Assembly: GCF_009914755.1 (NCBI RefSeq)
Contig: NC_060930.1
Origin: the human T2T-CHM13v2.0 reference genome, Homo sapiens
Direction: 5' to 3' (one strand)
Length of the DNA stretch: 64,000 nucleotides
The position numbers and the translations under genes were made by a program. Position 1 is the first letter of the stretch. Each line of letters starts with the position of its first letter. The notes below the pieces were generated by a model that ran no database searches, had not been told where the DNA came from, and saw only the letters and a program-made list of their open reading frames with translations. This document shows positions 12,589 to 29,169 of this stretch, in pieces.

Positions 12589-13096
12589 TTGCTTTAGCAC
12601 TTTCCAAAGCAATCTCATGTACACATCAGTGAGTTTTCTCTTTCTTTTTCTAGACATACGGTATTGTTGACTCAGAACGTTGAACTCATGGCCAACAGCA
12701 CTGTAACACATGCCTGAACAAAGATTATCTAGCACACATTTCTTCTTAAGGAACATCACAGCCTTCTTGTGCTTAGAAATATTAGACAGCACTTCAGCCT
12801 AACACATATAAAGACCATTTTATACATCAAAGTCACCCCCCCGAAAAGCACAAAAATGTGAAAATGGCATTACGTAGACTGTGAAAGGAGCACATTTACA
12901 GTGTGAGAGCTGAAACAAGAAGGTGGAGTCTTGCCTCGTTCCACCCCATCAGAGAATGTATGTGTGGGTGACACAAAGATTTCAATGCCCTGTACATGTG
13001 AGCGTATAACCACAAAACCATAGTGAATATTAATTTTGGAGTTACAGATACATTTAGCATGCAAATTCATAAGTACTGAATAATGAGGATTGACTC

Positions 13097-13124
13097 GTGT
13101 GTGTGTGTGTTTGTGTGTGTGTGT
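13097..13124. repeat. (GT)n microsatellite
   Basis: Directly visible, one interruption. Confidence 0.9.
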
Positions 13125-13667
13125 ATGCATGGAGAGGGAGAGAGATTTATTAGAAGGATATGAGTCAACACTCATGGAATTAAAGAAAAATTGAACAATG
13201 AAGCGTAAGAAGTGGTATGAAACAGGCATGTGGGGATCCAGTTGGAAGGGAATTACAGAAAGTTTCCTCAGATGTCATAATAAGCATGAATCAGATTTAT
13301 GGATTTTCAGTGCCCTTTTTTTTTTTTTTTTTTTTTGGAGATTCAAATTCCAGGAAGAGAGTCTGATGGGTCTTGTTAGGTCCATGACTCTCCTCAGGTC
13401 AGGCAAAGGCTGCGTACCAAGGCTGACGTCTCATCAAGACTGCAAGCATCAGACAATTGAGTTGCTATTACTAAAACAAAGTGCCATGAATTTGAAAATG
13501 CAAAAAATAACATATGTGCACTCTCTTCTCTATATCTATTTCCTTAAATTTATACCAAGGAAAGAATCATGGATTTAGGTTGGTGTTTATGTTAAAAATA
13601 CTTAAATAATTTAAGTCTGAGTCATCTAATTGTTATTTGCACCATGATTTGAAAACACATATTTACG

Positions 13668-14341
13668 TGATTTCTGTTGCTGCATAAAAAGTTACTACAG
13701 ATAGCAGCTTAAACCATTTATTAATTATCTCATGATTTCCATGGGTTAGGAGTCCAAGGGTGGCTTACTGAGTCCTCTTCTCAGGGTATCGCGAGGCTGC
13801 AATCCAGGTGTTGGCTGGGCTGCATTCCATTCTCAGGGTTCTCTTCCAAGCTCATGTGGTTGCCAGCAGAATTCCATTTGTGTGTATGTGTGATTATAGG
13901 AGTGAAGTCCCTCTTTTCTATGATTTTATGTGATTATAAGACTGTCAGCCAGGATTTGCTTTCTGCTCCTAGAGGCCACTTGCAGTTCCTGGCCTTATGG
14001 CCTCTCCTAGTCCCTCTCTCCACATGGCAGCTTACTTTTTCAAGACCTGCAGAAGAATGTTTCTCTTTGGGGATGGCCAAGCATTTTTTTTTTTTTTCAA
14101 GAACTATCTTGATTACATTATACCTATCCAGGATAATATCCCTTTTGATGAACTCAAGGGACCTTAGTTATAGCTGTAAAATATTTGCACCTGTTACATA
14201 AAGTAGGGTAATTATGGTACTAATACCCCATCACCTCTGCCAGGTTCTATTCATTAGAATCAAATCACAGGGGAGAGGATAATGCAGGGTGTAACACCAA
14301 GAGTTGGATTCTCAGGGGCATCTTAGAGTTCTATCTACCAC
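13668..14341 (-). mobile_element. MLT1 (E/F/G-type) MaLR LTR
   Basis: ttctgttgctgcataaaaagttactac...gctgcaatccaggtgttggctgggctgc...catcttagagttctatctacca. Confidence 0.7.
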
Positions 14342-14697
14342 TTTGAGGAATATTTAATTTATTGAAAAAATGTTTTATATATAATATTTAATTTAGAAAA
14401 ATCCAAAACACCTTACATAATATTAAAACAGTGTAACAGTTAAAGGACAATGTAGAACTAAACTAAATACAACCAATGGCCTTCCCCTGAGTTGTATAAT
14501 TAAGAGTGATTTTTGTTTATTCTTCACAGCTTATTTATAAATTCCATATTTTCTACAGCAAGCAAGTGATGCTTTTATAATTAGAAATGTTGTATCTAGG
14601 TTAAGAGCATGGATACTGGAACCAACTGACTGAACTGTAATTGAGATCTGCAATTTAAAAGCTCTGTGATTAGGGTAAACTATCCACACTGAGCCTT

Positions 14698-15069
14698 TGT
14701 TTTTGTTTTTTAAACAAAGAATCTGACTCCATTTCTGTTGATTGCTATCAGCTTTCATGCCCTGCCACTCCTTATGGACCCTCTGCTTCCTTTCTAGAGA
14801 ATGTGATAAGAGAGCCTGAGTGTTCCCTCCTGTGGCTCTGGTAAAAAGTTTAAACCATACAAAAACCCTAAAAGCCAAGCCCGTCTCCTTCCCTACTCTC
14901 AATCCATTTCGGGACTGCTTGGGAGCCTCCCCTCTCCTCAGAAAACCTCATTATGTGGGTAACAAATATGTTCATACCCTCTGTGCATGTGTAGTGTCAT
15001 CATTCTCAACAACTCAACCAACTTTTGAGTGGGGAGAGCCCATTCTGCCTCTTCAGGGTGACCACAACA
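14698..15069 (+). mobile_element. MER74-like ERVL solo LTR
   Basis: agaatctgactccattt...cagctttca...aaacctcattatgtg...ccacaaca; TG...CA ends. Confidence 0.65.
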
Positions 15070-15179
15070 CTTTATTTGTGAAATGGAGTTATTAATAGTA
15101 TTGACACACTCATTTATTATAAGGAAAAAATTTATTAATGTATATAAAAGCACTTAAAACAGTGCCTGCACATAGTAAA

Positions 15180-15556
15180 TGCAAGGCTCTTGTATCGGTT
15201 CGAACCCCAAGAGCATGCCAACAAACAACACAAGGTGGTGTGGAGCAACACACTGTTTTTAATGAGCGCCTGGGTGCAGATGGGCTGAGGCCTAAAATGG
15301 CGTCAGCAACAAATTAGGACGAGGCAGGGGTTTTATAGTCTCCTATAAACAGGAAGTGTCTCAGTCTGACGTAACTGCTACGCTGTACCGCTGTACCCGG
15401 ACGGCCTCTCTTTTGGTCTTCAGCGGGTACCGTTTCTTCCAGCCAGCTCTCTTCCTACTTCTGCTGTCTTGCTGACGCAAGTGCCTTGGGACTGGGCCTG
15501 AGGAGGGGGGAGTTATTAATTCCCTTAAGCTTTCAGGCCCCTGGGAGAATCGTTCA
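15180..15556 (-). mobile_element. LTR18 (LTR18A-like, ERVL) solo LTR
   Basis: TG...CA termini with exact 5-bp TSD GTAAA (15175-15179 and 15557-15561); minus strand reads ggggcctgaaagcttaaggg...ggggttcgaaccgatacaag. Confidence 0.9.
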
Positions 15557-16087
15557 GTAAACATCATGTAAGTAAGTGTTAACTGTAGATACTTATAAAT
15601 ATTATTGGTGATCTGATTATTTGCCTTATGCTGCTGATTCTGCCAACCATAATTGTTTTACAAAAGAAAATTAACATAATATTGTATGCTATAGCAAAAA
15701 TTTTTTAAGTCCTTTAGAAAAGAAAAAAACTACATGCTATATACTGTAATGTAATTTAGAGAGTAAATTGTGTTTTCAGTCATTTCCAAAATTAAAGAAA
15801 ATGGACTTCATTTATTATAATTTGAATTTTGATTATTTTTAGCCTTTAAATAACATATAATTATACATCAAGCACCTATTTATCTAAAACTTAAAGTTAC
15901 AGCATGCTTTTACAAACACTTTTCCTTAATCTATGGATACATAAAATGTTTGTAAATGGGTTAGAATCAGGAATTTGTTCTTTAACCAGCTTCTGGAATT
16001 TATTCATGGAGATCTGTTAGGTTTCCTATTTTTAAATCTGGAGGACTATAGAATGAAAAAAATATTAGAATGATGGCTTATGGCATT

Positions 16088-16496
16088 AGAAATTTTTATA
16101 GCAGCTTTATTCATGATTGCCAAAACTTGAAAGGAAGCAAGATGCCCTTCGTAGGTGAACGGATAACCAAACAGAAGTAGAAGTACATCCATACAATGGA
16201 AACTATTTAGAGATAAAAAGATATGAGGTATTAAGCCACAGAACAACATGGAGGAGCCTTAAATGCACATTGCTAAGTGAAAGAAGCCAATCTGGAAAGG
16301 CTACAGACTGTATGCTTCCAACAATATAATGTTCTGAAATAGCTGAAGCCATGGTCAAAATAAAAAGATCTGTGGTTGCCCAAAGCTTAGGGGAGAGGAG
16401 GTTAAGGATACACAGATGGAGCACAGAAGATTTTTAGGGCAGTGAAACTATTCTGTATAATACTGTGATAGTGGATACATGTCATTATACACTGCT
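16088..16496 (+). mobile_element. L1MC/L1MB 3' region fragment
   Basis: tttatagcagctttattcat...gtgaaagaagccaatctggaaaggctaca...gatacatgtcattatac. Confidence 0.8.
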
Positions 16497-18937
16497 CAAA
16501 AAAGAAAACTTGAGGTCAATATCCTTGATAAACATCAATGCAAAAATCCTCAAAAAATACTAGTAAATCAAATCCAGAAGCACAACAAAAAGCTAATCTA
16601 CCGTGATTAAGTAGGCTTCATCCTGAGGATGCAAGATTGGTTCAACATATGCAAATCAATAAACGTGATTCATCACTTAAACAGAACTAAAGACAAAACC
16701 ACATGATTATCTCAGTAGATGTAGAAAAGACTTTTGATAAAATTCAACATTCCTTCATGTTAAAAACTTTCAATGAACTAGGTATTGAAGAAACATACTT
16801 CAAAATAATAATAGTCATCTATGACAAACCCACAGCCAACATTATACTGAATGGGCAAAAGCCGCAAACATTCCCCTTCAAAACTGGCACAAGGCAAGAT
16901 GCCCTCTCTCAACACTTCTATTTAACATAGTATTGGGTGTCGTAGCCATAGCAATCAGGCAAGAGGAAGAAATAAAGGACATCCAAGTAGGAAGACAGGA
17001 AGTCAAACTATCTCTGTTTGTAGACAACATGATTCCATATCTAGAAAACCCCATAGTCACAGGCCCTAAACTCCTCTAGCTGATAAACAACTTCAGCAAA
17101 GTTGTAGGATACAAAATCAACATACAAAAATCACTAACATTCTTATATACCAACAATAGCCAAATCAGACAGGCAATACCATTCACAATTGCCACATATA
17201 CAAAATTAAATACCTAGGAATATAGCTAATCAGGGAGGTGAGAGTTCTTCACAATGATAATTACAAAACACTGCTCAAGGAAATCAGAGAAAACACAAAC
17301 AAATGGAAAAACATCCCATGATCACGGATAGGCAGAATCAGTATCATTAAAATGGCTATACTGCCCAAAGCAATTTATAGATTCAATGCTATTCCTATCA
17401 AACTACCAAAGACATTCATCACAGAACTAGAAAAAACTATTTTATAATTCACATGGAACCAAAAAAAGAGCCCGAATACCCAAGGCAATCCTAAGCGAAA
17501 AGAATAAACCTGGAGGCATCATGCTACCTGACTTCAAACTATACTACAAAGCTACAGTAACCAAAATAGCATGGTACTCATACGAAAACAGGCCCATACC
17601 AGTGAAACAAAATAGAAAGCCCAGAAATGAGGCTGCATAGCTATGACCATCTGATCTTTGACAAAGCTGACAAAAACAAGCAATGGGGAAAAGATTCCCT
17701 ATCCAATAAATGGTGCTGGCATAACTGCCTAGCCATAGGCAGATTGAAGTTGGAGCCCTACCTTTCACCATATACAAAAATAAGTCAAGATGGGTTGAAG
17801 ACTTAAATGTAAAACCCAGAGCTATAAAAACTCTGGAAGATAACCTAGGCAATACCATCCTGGACATAGGAACAGGCAAAGATTTCATGACAAAAACTAG
17901 CAAACAAATCTCAATAAAAATTGACAAGTGCTATCTAATTAAGCTTAAGAGCTCTGCACAGCAAAAGAAAGTATCAACAGAGTAAATGGACAACCTACAG
18001 AATGGGATAAAATATTTGCAAACTATGCATCTGACAAAGGTCTAATATCCAGCATCTACAAGGAATTTAAACAAATTTATAACAGAAAAACAACCCCATT
18101 AAAAAGTGGGCAAAGGACATGACCAGAAACTTCTCAGAAAGAGATATACATGCGGGCAACAAGAATATTAAAAAAAGCTCAATATCACTGATCATTAGAG
18201 AAACGCAAATCAAAACCACAATGGGATAACATTTCACACCAGTCAGAATGGCTATTATCAAAAAGTCAGAAAACAACAGATGCTGGCGAGGCTGCAGAGA
18301 AAAGGGAACACTTACACACTGTTGGCAGGAGTGTAAATTAGTTCAACAATTGTGGAAAGCAGTATGGAGATTTTTCAAAGAGCTAAAAGCAGACCTACTG
18401 TTCAACTCCACAATCCCATTACTGGGTATATACCCAGAGGAATATAAATCATTCTACCATAAAGACACATTCATGCAAATCTCCATTGCAGCACTATTCA
18501 CAATTGCAAAGACATGGAGAAATGTCCATCAATGAGAGATTGGATAAAGAAAATGTGATCGTGTACACCATGGAATACTATGCAGCCACAAAAAAGAATG
18601 AGATAGATCATGACTTTTGTGGGAACATGGATGGAGTGGAGGCTATTATACTTAGCAAACTAATGCAGGAACAGAAAACCAAATACTGCATGTTCTCACT
18701 TATAAATGGGAACTAAATGATGAGAACTTACAAATACAAAGAAGGAAACAACAGACACTGGGGTCTACTTGATGGGGAGGAAGGATAAGGGAGAGGATTA
18801 GAAAAGATAACTATTGGGTACTGGGCTTAATATCTGTGTGATGAAATAACATGTGCAACAAACCCTCATGACACACGTTTACCTGTGTAACAAACGTTCA
18901 CATGTATCCCCGAACCTAAAATAAAAGTTAAAAAAAT
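16497..18937 (+). mobile_element. 5'-truncated L1PA (L1PA16-like): ORF2 RT to 3' UTR
   Basis: Broken ORF2 peptides ([16 protein letters not shown]; RCWRGCREKGTLTHCWQECKLVQQLWK); 3' UTR ending cccgaacctaaaataaaagttaaaaaaa. Confidence 0.93.
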
Positions 18938-19029
18938 TAAAGTCTATTTTTTTAAATAATATGTTAGAATGATGACTTGAAACATTCTAAATTTTCTTTT
19001 AAACTATCAAAGAATGATTCAATTAAGTT

Positions 19030-19452
19030 GTGTTGGTCAATTTTTGCATTGCTATAAAGAAATATCCAAGGTTGGGTAATTTACAAAGAAAGGAATTGTA
19101 TTTTGGCTTACGATTCTGCAGGTTGTAAAAACATGGCGCCAACAGCAGTTCAGCTTCTAGTGAGGCCCTCAGGAAGCTTACAATCATGGTGGAAAGCCAA
19201 GGTGGGAGCTGATGTATTACATGGAGAGAGATGGAGCAAGAGAAAGCAAGGGAGGAGGTGCCACACTCTTTTAAACAACCAGATCTCGTGTGCACTTGGA
19301 GCGAGAACTCAGTCATTACTCCGAGGAGAGCACCAAGCCATTTATGAGGGATCTGCCCCCATAGCCTAAACACCTCCTACCAGACTCCACCTCCAACATT
19401 GGGGATTACATTTTAACATAAGATGGAGGAGACAAATATACAAACCATATCA
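19030..19452 (-). mobile_element. MSTA/MSTB MaLR solo LTR
   Basis: tgtgttggtc...gcattgctataaagaaata...caaaccatatca. Confidence 0.88.
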
Positions 19453-21131
19453 TATGCTCATGATTATGTAAGTATCATTTTTATTACACTTATATCTTAA
19501 AACATTGTTTTGCTCATGGTTTCTATGAGGAATGAACATTCTACCAATGTTTCAGAACAATTAAATAGGTACTGTATTTTCTAAATAATCTAGATAAATG
19601 ACTCACATTTACTATTTTTTCTTAAAATTAAAGATTCTCACAAAAAATCTTTTCATATGCTATATAGAATCATATACAAATGAGAACAGTAATGTACACT
19701 CAGAGGTATTTAGGTGGTAGTAAAATAGTGAAACTAGAAAGAAAATCCATTCCCTCATTAAATCACTGGCATGTACTCTTTTCCTGTGTAGAAGCAAATC
19801 ATTAAAGCCAGAGAGTTATATTTAGACTCAATACCACAGTGAAAGAACTCTATTCCTCCAGGAATATTGATTCTGTCCTTGAATTTCAGTGAATGAGGCA
19901 TGTATTCTTTGTAAACTTGCCATCCAAATTATTTCTTATTCATTCAAATGATTTCAAATATAAGTGATTTAACTCTTAATTGATTTATTGCTGCCACAAA
20001 TATGTTTATCCAGAGATGAATTCAGGAGTGGGGAGCATAGAGATGTGAGGGTGTGTTTACATGGCACAGGGTGTGTAAGGGAGTGGTTAGATCAAGGTCT
20101 CTGGAAATATCACATCAAAGCATTAAAGTGCTTTGCCTCTCAGTGGCTGTGGGTAGTGTGTGGCTCACTTTTTGCCTGGTGCATAGGAGAAGTTCAAGAA
20201 ATGTTTACTGTACATATAGCATGGTAGTTTGTAGCCAGTGTTCTTAGAGCTAATTTGTGTGTAATATTGGCTCTACTTATCATTGTTTATGTGATTAGCT
20301 ACTTGGATAAATCAAATCATAGCTCAGAGCTGAGTTCCTTCGTCTGTAAAATGAGGATAATGAGACCTACTTCTTAGAGTTTAAATGAGATGGCATTAAA
20401 ACATAAGCCACACAAATTCTGGAATGTTTTGTTTTGTTTTGTTTTGCTTTTCCATTTGGTTAATTGTTGTAACCCAAGTGCCTAAAATGTGCTTCATGCC
20501 TATTTGGTGTTCTTTCTATCTATCTGTCGATCTATCTATCCACCTATCTATTAATTTAATGAGTTAAAATTGCTTAATACTTGCTAGATTGTTATAAGAT
20601 TCTTCAAGTAGTTTAATTTTTACAACAATCTCATAAGGTAGGTGTTATTAGTACTTTTTTGTGATAAAGAAGTGAAGCAAAGATAAGTTAAATAGTTTGC
20701 TAGAATGCTGCATATAGAGAATTCCAAGTACTTATACTGTGAGTCATATTGTAAATATCTTCCTTACTGTAGACATGGTCATAAAGGGTTTCACTGACAG
20801 TTAGGTGAAACCTATCCCAAGTTATATTGTTAAATTTGCAATCATCCTCACCCCCACCTTGTGTGTTATAAGCCACCCCCATTGTCTTTGAACATTTATG
20901 AGCTAAAGTTTAAGAATTGTCTTTAGAGAATAAAGTGAAAAAATGAATATATAAAGATATTTTAATGTAAATAACTTTCAAAATCAAAAGCAATCTAATG
21001 GCTGCTTCCAGAAGAACTACAATATACAACCTTATTTTCTAGGGGGAAGCTGAAGGCCCTAATCTGTGAAAAGGATCAAACAATAAAGAGGACTGTATGC
21101 AGCTTACAACTAAGTCACCTGCTGTGATCTC

Positions 21132-21508
21132 TGTATTAGTTCATTGTCATGCTTCTGTTAAGAACTGCCCAAGACTGGTTAATTTATAAAGAAAGAGGTT
21201 TAATTGACTCACAGTTCCGCATGGCTTGGGAGGCCTCAGGAAATTTACAGTCATGACAGAAGGGGAGGCAAACATGTCCTTCTTCACATGATGGCAAGAA
21301 GGAGAAGTGCCGAGCAAAGGGGGAAAAGTCCCATATAAAACCATCAGATTTTGAGAGAACTCATTCACTATCATGATAACAGCAGCATGGGGCTAACTGC
21401 CCCCATGATTCAATTATCTCCCACCAGCTTCCTCCCATGACACGAGGGGATTATGGGAACTATAATTCAAGATGAGATTTGGGTGGGGACATGGACAAAC
21501 CATATTGA
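21132..21508 (-). mobile_element. THE1 (C/D-type) solo LTR
   Basis: tgtattagtt...gactcacagttccgcatggct...tcaagatgagatttgggtggggac...caaaccatat. Confidence 0.9.
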
Positions 21509-21554
21509 TCTCCCAGTTTCCTTTCTCTTCTTACTTCAATCCATAGGCTGTATA

Positions 21555-21918
21555 CGGGACGTCCCCCTTATCTCCAGGGGATACTTTTCATGACTCCCAT
21601 TGGATGACTGAAATTATGGCTAGCATCGAACCTTAGATATACTGTTTTTTCCAACCTAATAACTGAGAAGGCTACTAAGTGATTAATGGGGGGGCAGGCG
21701 CAGGGGGTACTGTATACAGCGTAGAAATGCTGGACAAACAGATTATTTGCATCACAGGTAGATGGTGTGAGATTTTATCATGCTACTCAGAATAGTACAC
21801 AATTTAAAATTTATCAACTATTTATTTCTGGAGTTTCCTGCTTAACATTTTCAAAACATGGTTGATTATAGGTAGCTGAAACTGCAGAAAACAAAACTCT
21901 GAAAGGGGTGACTACTCT
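21555..21918 (-). mobile_element. MER44/Tigger7-type DNA transposon
   Basis: Degenerate TIRs gtcccccttatc ... aggggtgactact; internal gctactaagtga, aatttaaaatttat. Confidence 0.75.
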
Positions 21919-21921
21919 ACG

Positions 21922-22390
21922 TGGTAGCCCAACTATCGATTAGAGTCCCCAGTATTCCTTTCAGGTAACTGTGGCCATGTAACTAGGTAATTAGGCAATG
22001 GGATATGAATAGAAGTAATGTGTGCAACTTCTGCTTCAAATGATTTTAAAATGCAGGTGCCTTTTTTCTTTCTTTTAGGACAGGATGTAGATGTGAAGCT
22101 GAGGCAGATTTGACTAAGGAAAATTCAACCCTTTTGAGGATGACAGAGTTGTGAAGTACCCGATTGCCTTAGTCACCTGATAGAGCAGGATTGTTTACTC
22201 TGTTTGGATCACTTAGCTATTTTTGGACTTGTACATTTAAAAGCAAAAGGAAATTCTGTTTTGTTTTAATCATGAAACGTTGTGGTCTGTTTGTCATTGT
22301 ACATTTAAAAGCAAAAGTAACTTCTGTTTTGTTTCAGTCATGAAACGTTGAGGTCTGTTTGTCCTAGCAGCTTAGCTTATATTCCAAATA
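21922..22390 (+). mobile_element. Old MLT1 (J-like) LTR
   Basis: gtggccatgtaactag...agaagtaatgtgtgcaacttc...gtctgtttgtcctagcagcttag. Confidence 0.55.
22229..22363. repeat. 68-bp tandem duplication (2 copies)
   Basis: ttgtacatttaaaagcaaaag...catgaaacgttg.ggtctgtttgtc repeated with period 68. Confidence 0.92.
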
Positions 22391-23217
22391 ATGTATTCTT
22401 CAAATTAAAATGTAGGTAATAACACTATCACAATCACCACCAACAATGAGAATAACAGTTACTTATTCAACTTATCCTTTGTGCTTGGCCTTGTGCTGTA
22501 TGTTTTGAATGCATAATTTTATTTATACCTCAAAACAACCCAATGATGTATATACATTATTCTGAGACTTAGGTGAAATTTTTTTTTAAGCCGTTTGCTC
22601 TCAACCAAAAGTCAAGAAGTGAGAAAGCTAGAATTGGAACTCAGGTCAGTATGACTACAAACCTTGTGAATTTTAATGCAAAGTAATTCCACTTTCAGCA
22701 TTTCCAACAATTCTTTTAGTGCCTCATTATAAAATGAGGTCTTCTATACCAAGTCCTGTATTATCATTAATTATTTCCAGCTGAAAAGAAAATGTCGTTG
22801 TGTTCTCATGGCACTAAATTAATTTGTGCTAAGTTTGTTATTTCTCATTTGATTTCATTTATTCACAAGGTATCTATTGAATACCTACTTTGTAAAGGCT
22901 GTTTCTATAGTTAGAAGAACAAACTAGTACAGTACTTGTCTGGCTCAGTAGGAAGTGGGAGAGGGCAATGTACAAGTGGATTAATACATAACACTATTCA
23001 ACAATACACAATCCATGTTATCACATAACAACATTTTTGTGAAGAGCAGACCACATATACAATGGTGATTTTATAAAATTATAATGGAGCTGAAAACTTC
23101 CTAGCCTGGCTTGTGACATCATAGCTGTTCTAATACATAGCACAACACATTGCACATATATTTCTGGTGATATTTGTGTAAACAAACCTACTGCCCTGAC
23201 AGGTATATAAAAGTATA

Positions 23218-23354
23218 CAGGCTCAGCAACGTCACTTCATAGATTCCACAAAAAGAGTGTTTGGAACCTGGGGAATCAAAACACAGGTTCCATTCTGTGA
23301 TATGAAAGAGCATATCACAAAGCATTTTCACAGGTAGCTTGTTTCTAGATTTTA
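23218..23354. repeat. Orphan alpha-satellite (ALR) partial monomer
   Basis: agattccacaaaaagagtgttt...atcaaaa...ggttc.attctgtga.atgaa...catatcacaaagcattttcacag.tagcttgtttctag matches the recalled alphoid monomer consensus colinearly. Confidence 0.85.
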
Positions 23355-23732
23355 GAGCTAGAAACTCTATTTACTATTATGTACCACATACTATTATGTA
23401 TAATACACAATAGTTGATAATAAATGACTGTGTTGCTGGTTATATATTTACTATACTATACTTTCATCATTCTTTTAGAGTGTATTCCTTCTACTTATAA
23501 AAAAGAAAAGTTCACTGTCAATTAACAGCTTCGGGCAGGTCCTTCAGGAAGTATTCCAGAAGAAGGCATTCTTATCACAGGAAATATCAGATCCATGTAT
23601 GTTACTGCCCCTGAAGACCTTCCAATGGGACAAGATGTGGAGGTGGAAGACAGCGATATTGATAATCTTGCCCCTGAATAGGCCTAGGCTAAAGTGTATG
23701 TTTGTGTCTTAGTTTTTAACAGAAAATTTTAA

Positions 23733-27643
<3,911 letters not shown>

Positions 27644-28811
27644 TTAAAAATAAAAAATTAAAATTATTTTTTAAAATTTAATAAAGATACAAAGAAATAT
27701 TTCTGCACAGCTGTAAAATGTTTTTGTGTTTTAAGATAAGTGTTACATAGGAGTTAAAAATTTAAAATATTAAAAAAGTTAAAGTAAAAAAGTTGCAGTA
27801 AGCTAAGTCTATTATTAAAAAAAGAAATTGTTTTGTAAACTTAGTGTAACCTCATTGTACATATTTATAAAGTTTATAATAGTGCACAGTAATGTCCTAG
27901 GTCTTCACAGTTGCCTGTCACTCTCTCACTGCCTCATCTAGAGCAACTTCTAATCCTCCTAGCTCAATTTATATTAAGTGCCCTTTACAGGAATACATTT
28001 TAAAAATCTTTTATACTATTTTTTTATTGTACTTTTTCTGTGTTTAGATAAACAACCACCATTGTGTTACAATAAAAGCCTACAGTTTTTAGTGTAGTAA
28101 CAGGCTGTATATGTTTGTAGCCTAGGAGAAATAGCTATACAATACAGCCCAGGTGTGTAGTAGTCTGTACTATCTAGGTTTGTGTAAGTACACTCTATGA
28201 TGTTGTCACAATGATGAAATCACCTAGCAATGGATTTCTCGGAATATTTCCTGTATCCTTTTTCAAGCTACTCAAGACTGTATAATTAAATTATTAGAGA
28301 ATTTAGGGATCATCTAGGGTAGCTGGAAAAACTTTGCATAGTATGAAAATTTAAGTTGATGTTGAAGATTATGTTTGATAAGATGAAAAAGAGAGGTGAA
28401 CAGCATAGGCAAAAATTTGGTGACAAACTTGGGTCTAATATATTATAGAAATTCTGAGAAATCAATTTAGTGAAACTTAAGAATGTCATTAAGTAGGACA
28501 ACAAGGAATGATCAATACAGATTGAGGCTAAAAGGCCAAGAAACTGTTATATGAATCTGGAACACTTGATTTTGTAAAAATCTCAAGTAAAGATATCATC
28601 AGGATTGAAAGATTAAACAGATATTTAAAAAAGATTTATTGATCTGATTTATGAATTGTGTTCAAAGAAGGAAGGACTGAAAATGGGGAAATTCGTTCAG
28701 TTATTGAAGTAATCCAGGAGTAAAATGGACATATAAATACTGATTTACTGGGTTAAAATTGGAAATTTTTAAAAATGTTAATACTATAAAAGAAAACTAT
28801 GCAATAGTTGA

Positions 28812-29169
<358 letters not shown>

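Larger units (their letters stand above)
10514..13096 (-). mobile_element. MER6-like TcMar-Tigger DNA transposon with transposase remnant, split by LTR12C
   Basis: Degenerate TIRs (tagttaattctcattattc / gaataatgaggattgact). ORF 12505-12792 has [33 protein letters not shown] (HTH-psq-like). ORF 10674-11123 has PFSASAGWFACFKK...QQVFKGNETGLFFK (CENP-B-type HTH and start of DDE domain). Confidence 0.85.
14590..15590 (+). mobile_element. MIR interrupted by two LTR insertions
   Basis: ggttaagagcatgga (5' part), tgtgaaatggag...aagcacttaaaacagtgcctgcacatagtaaa (core, 15075-15179), and tail after 15561. Confidence 0.7.

Noticed and set aside
23350-23364. TTTTAGAGCTAGAAA is identical to nt 2-16 of the SpCas9 sgRNA scaffold
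   Set aside because: The rest of the scaffold (TAGCAAGTTAAAATAAGG) and the leading G are absent, there is no repeat-spacer array, and the string is explained by the alphoid end plus a local inverted template
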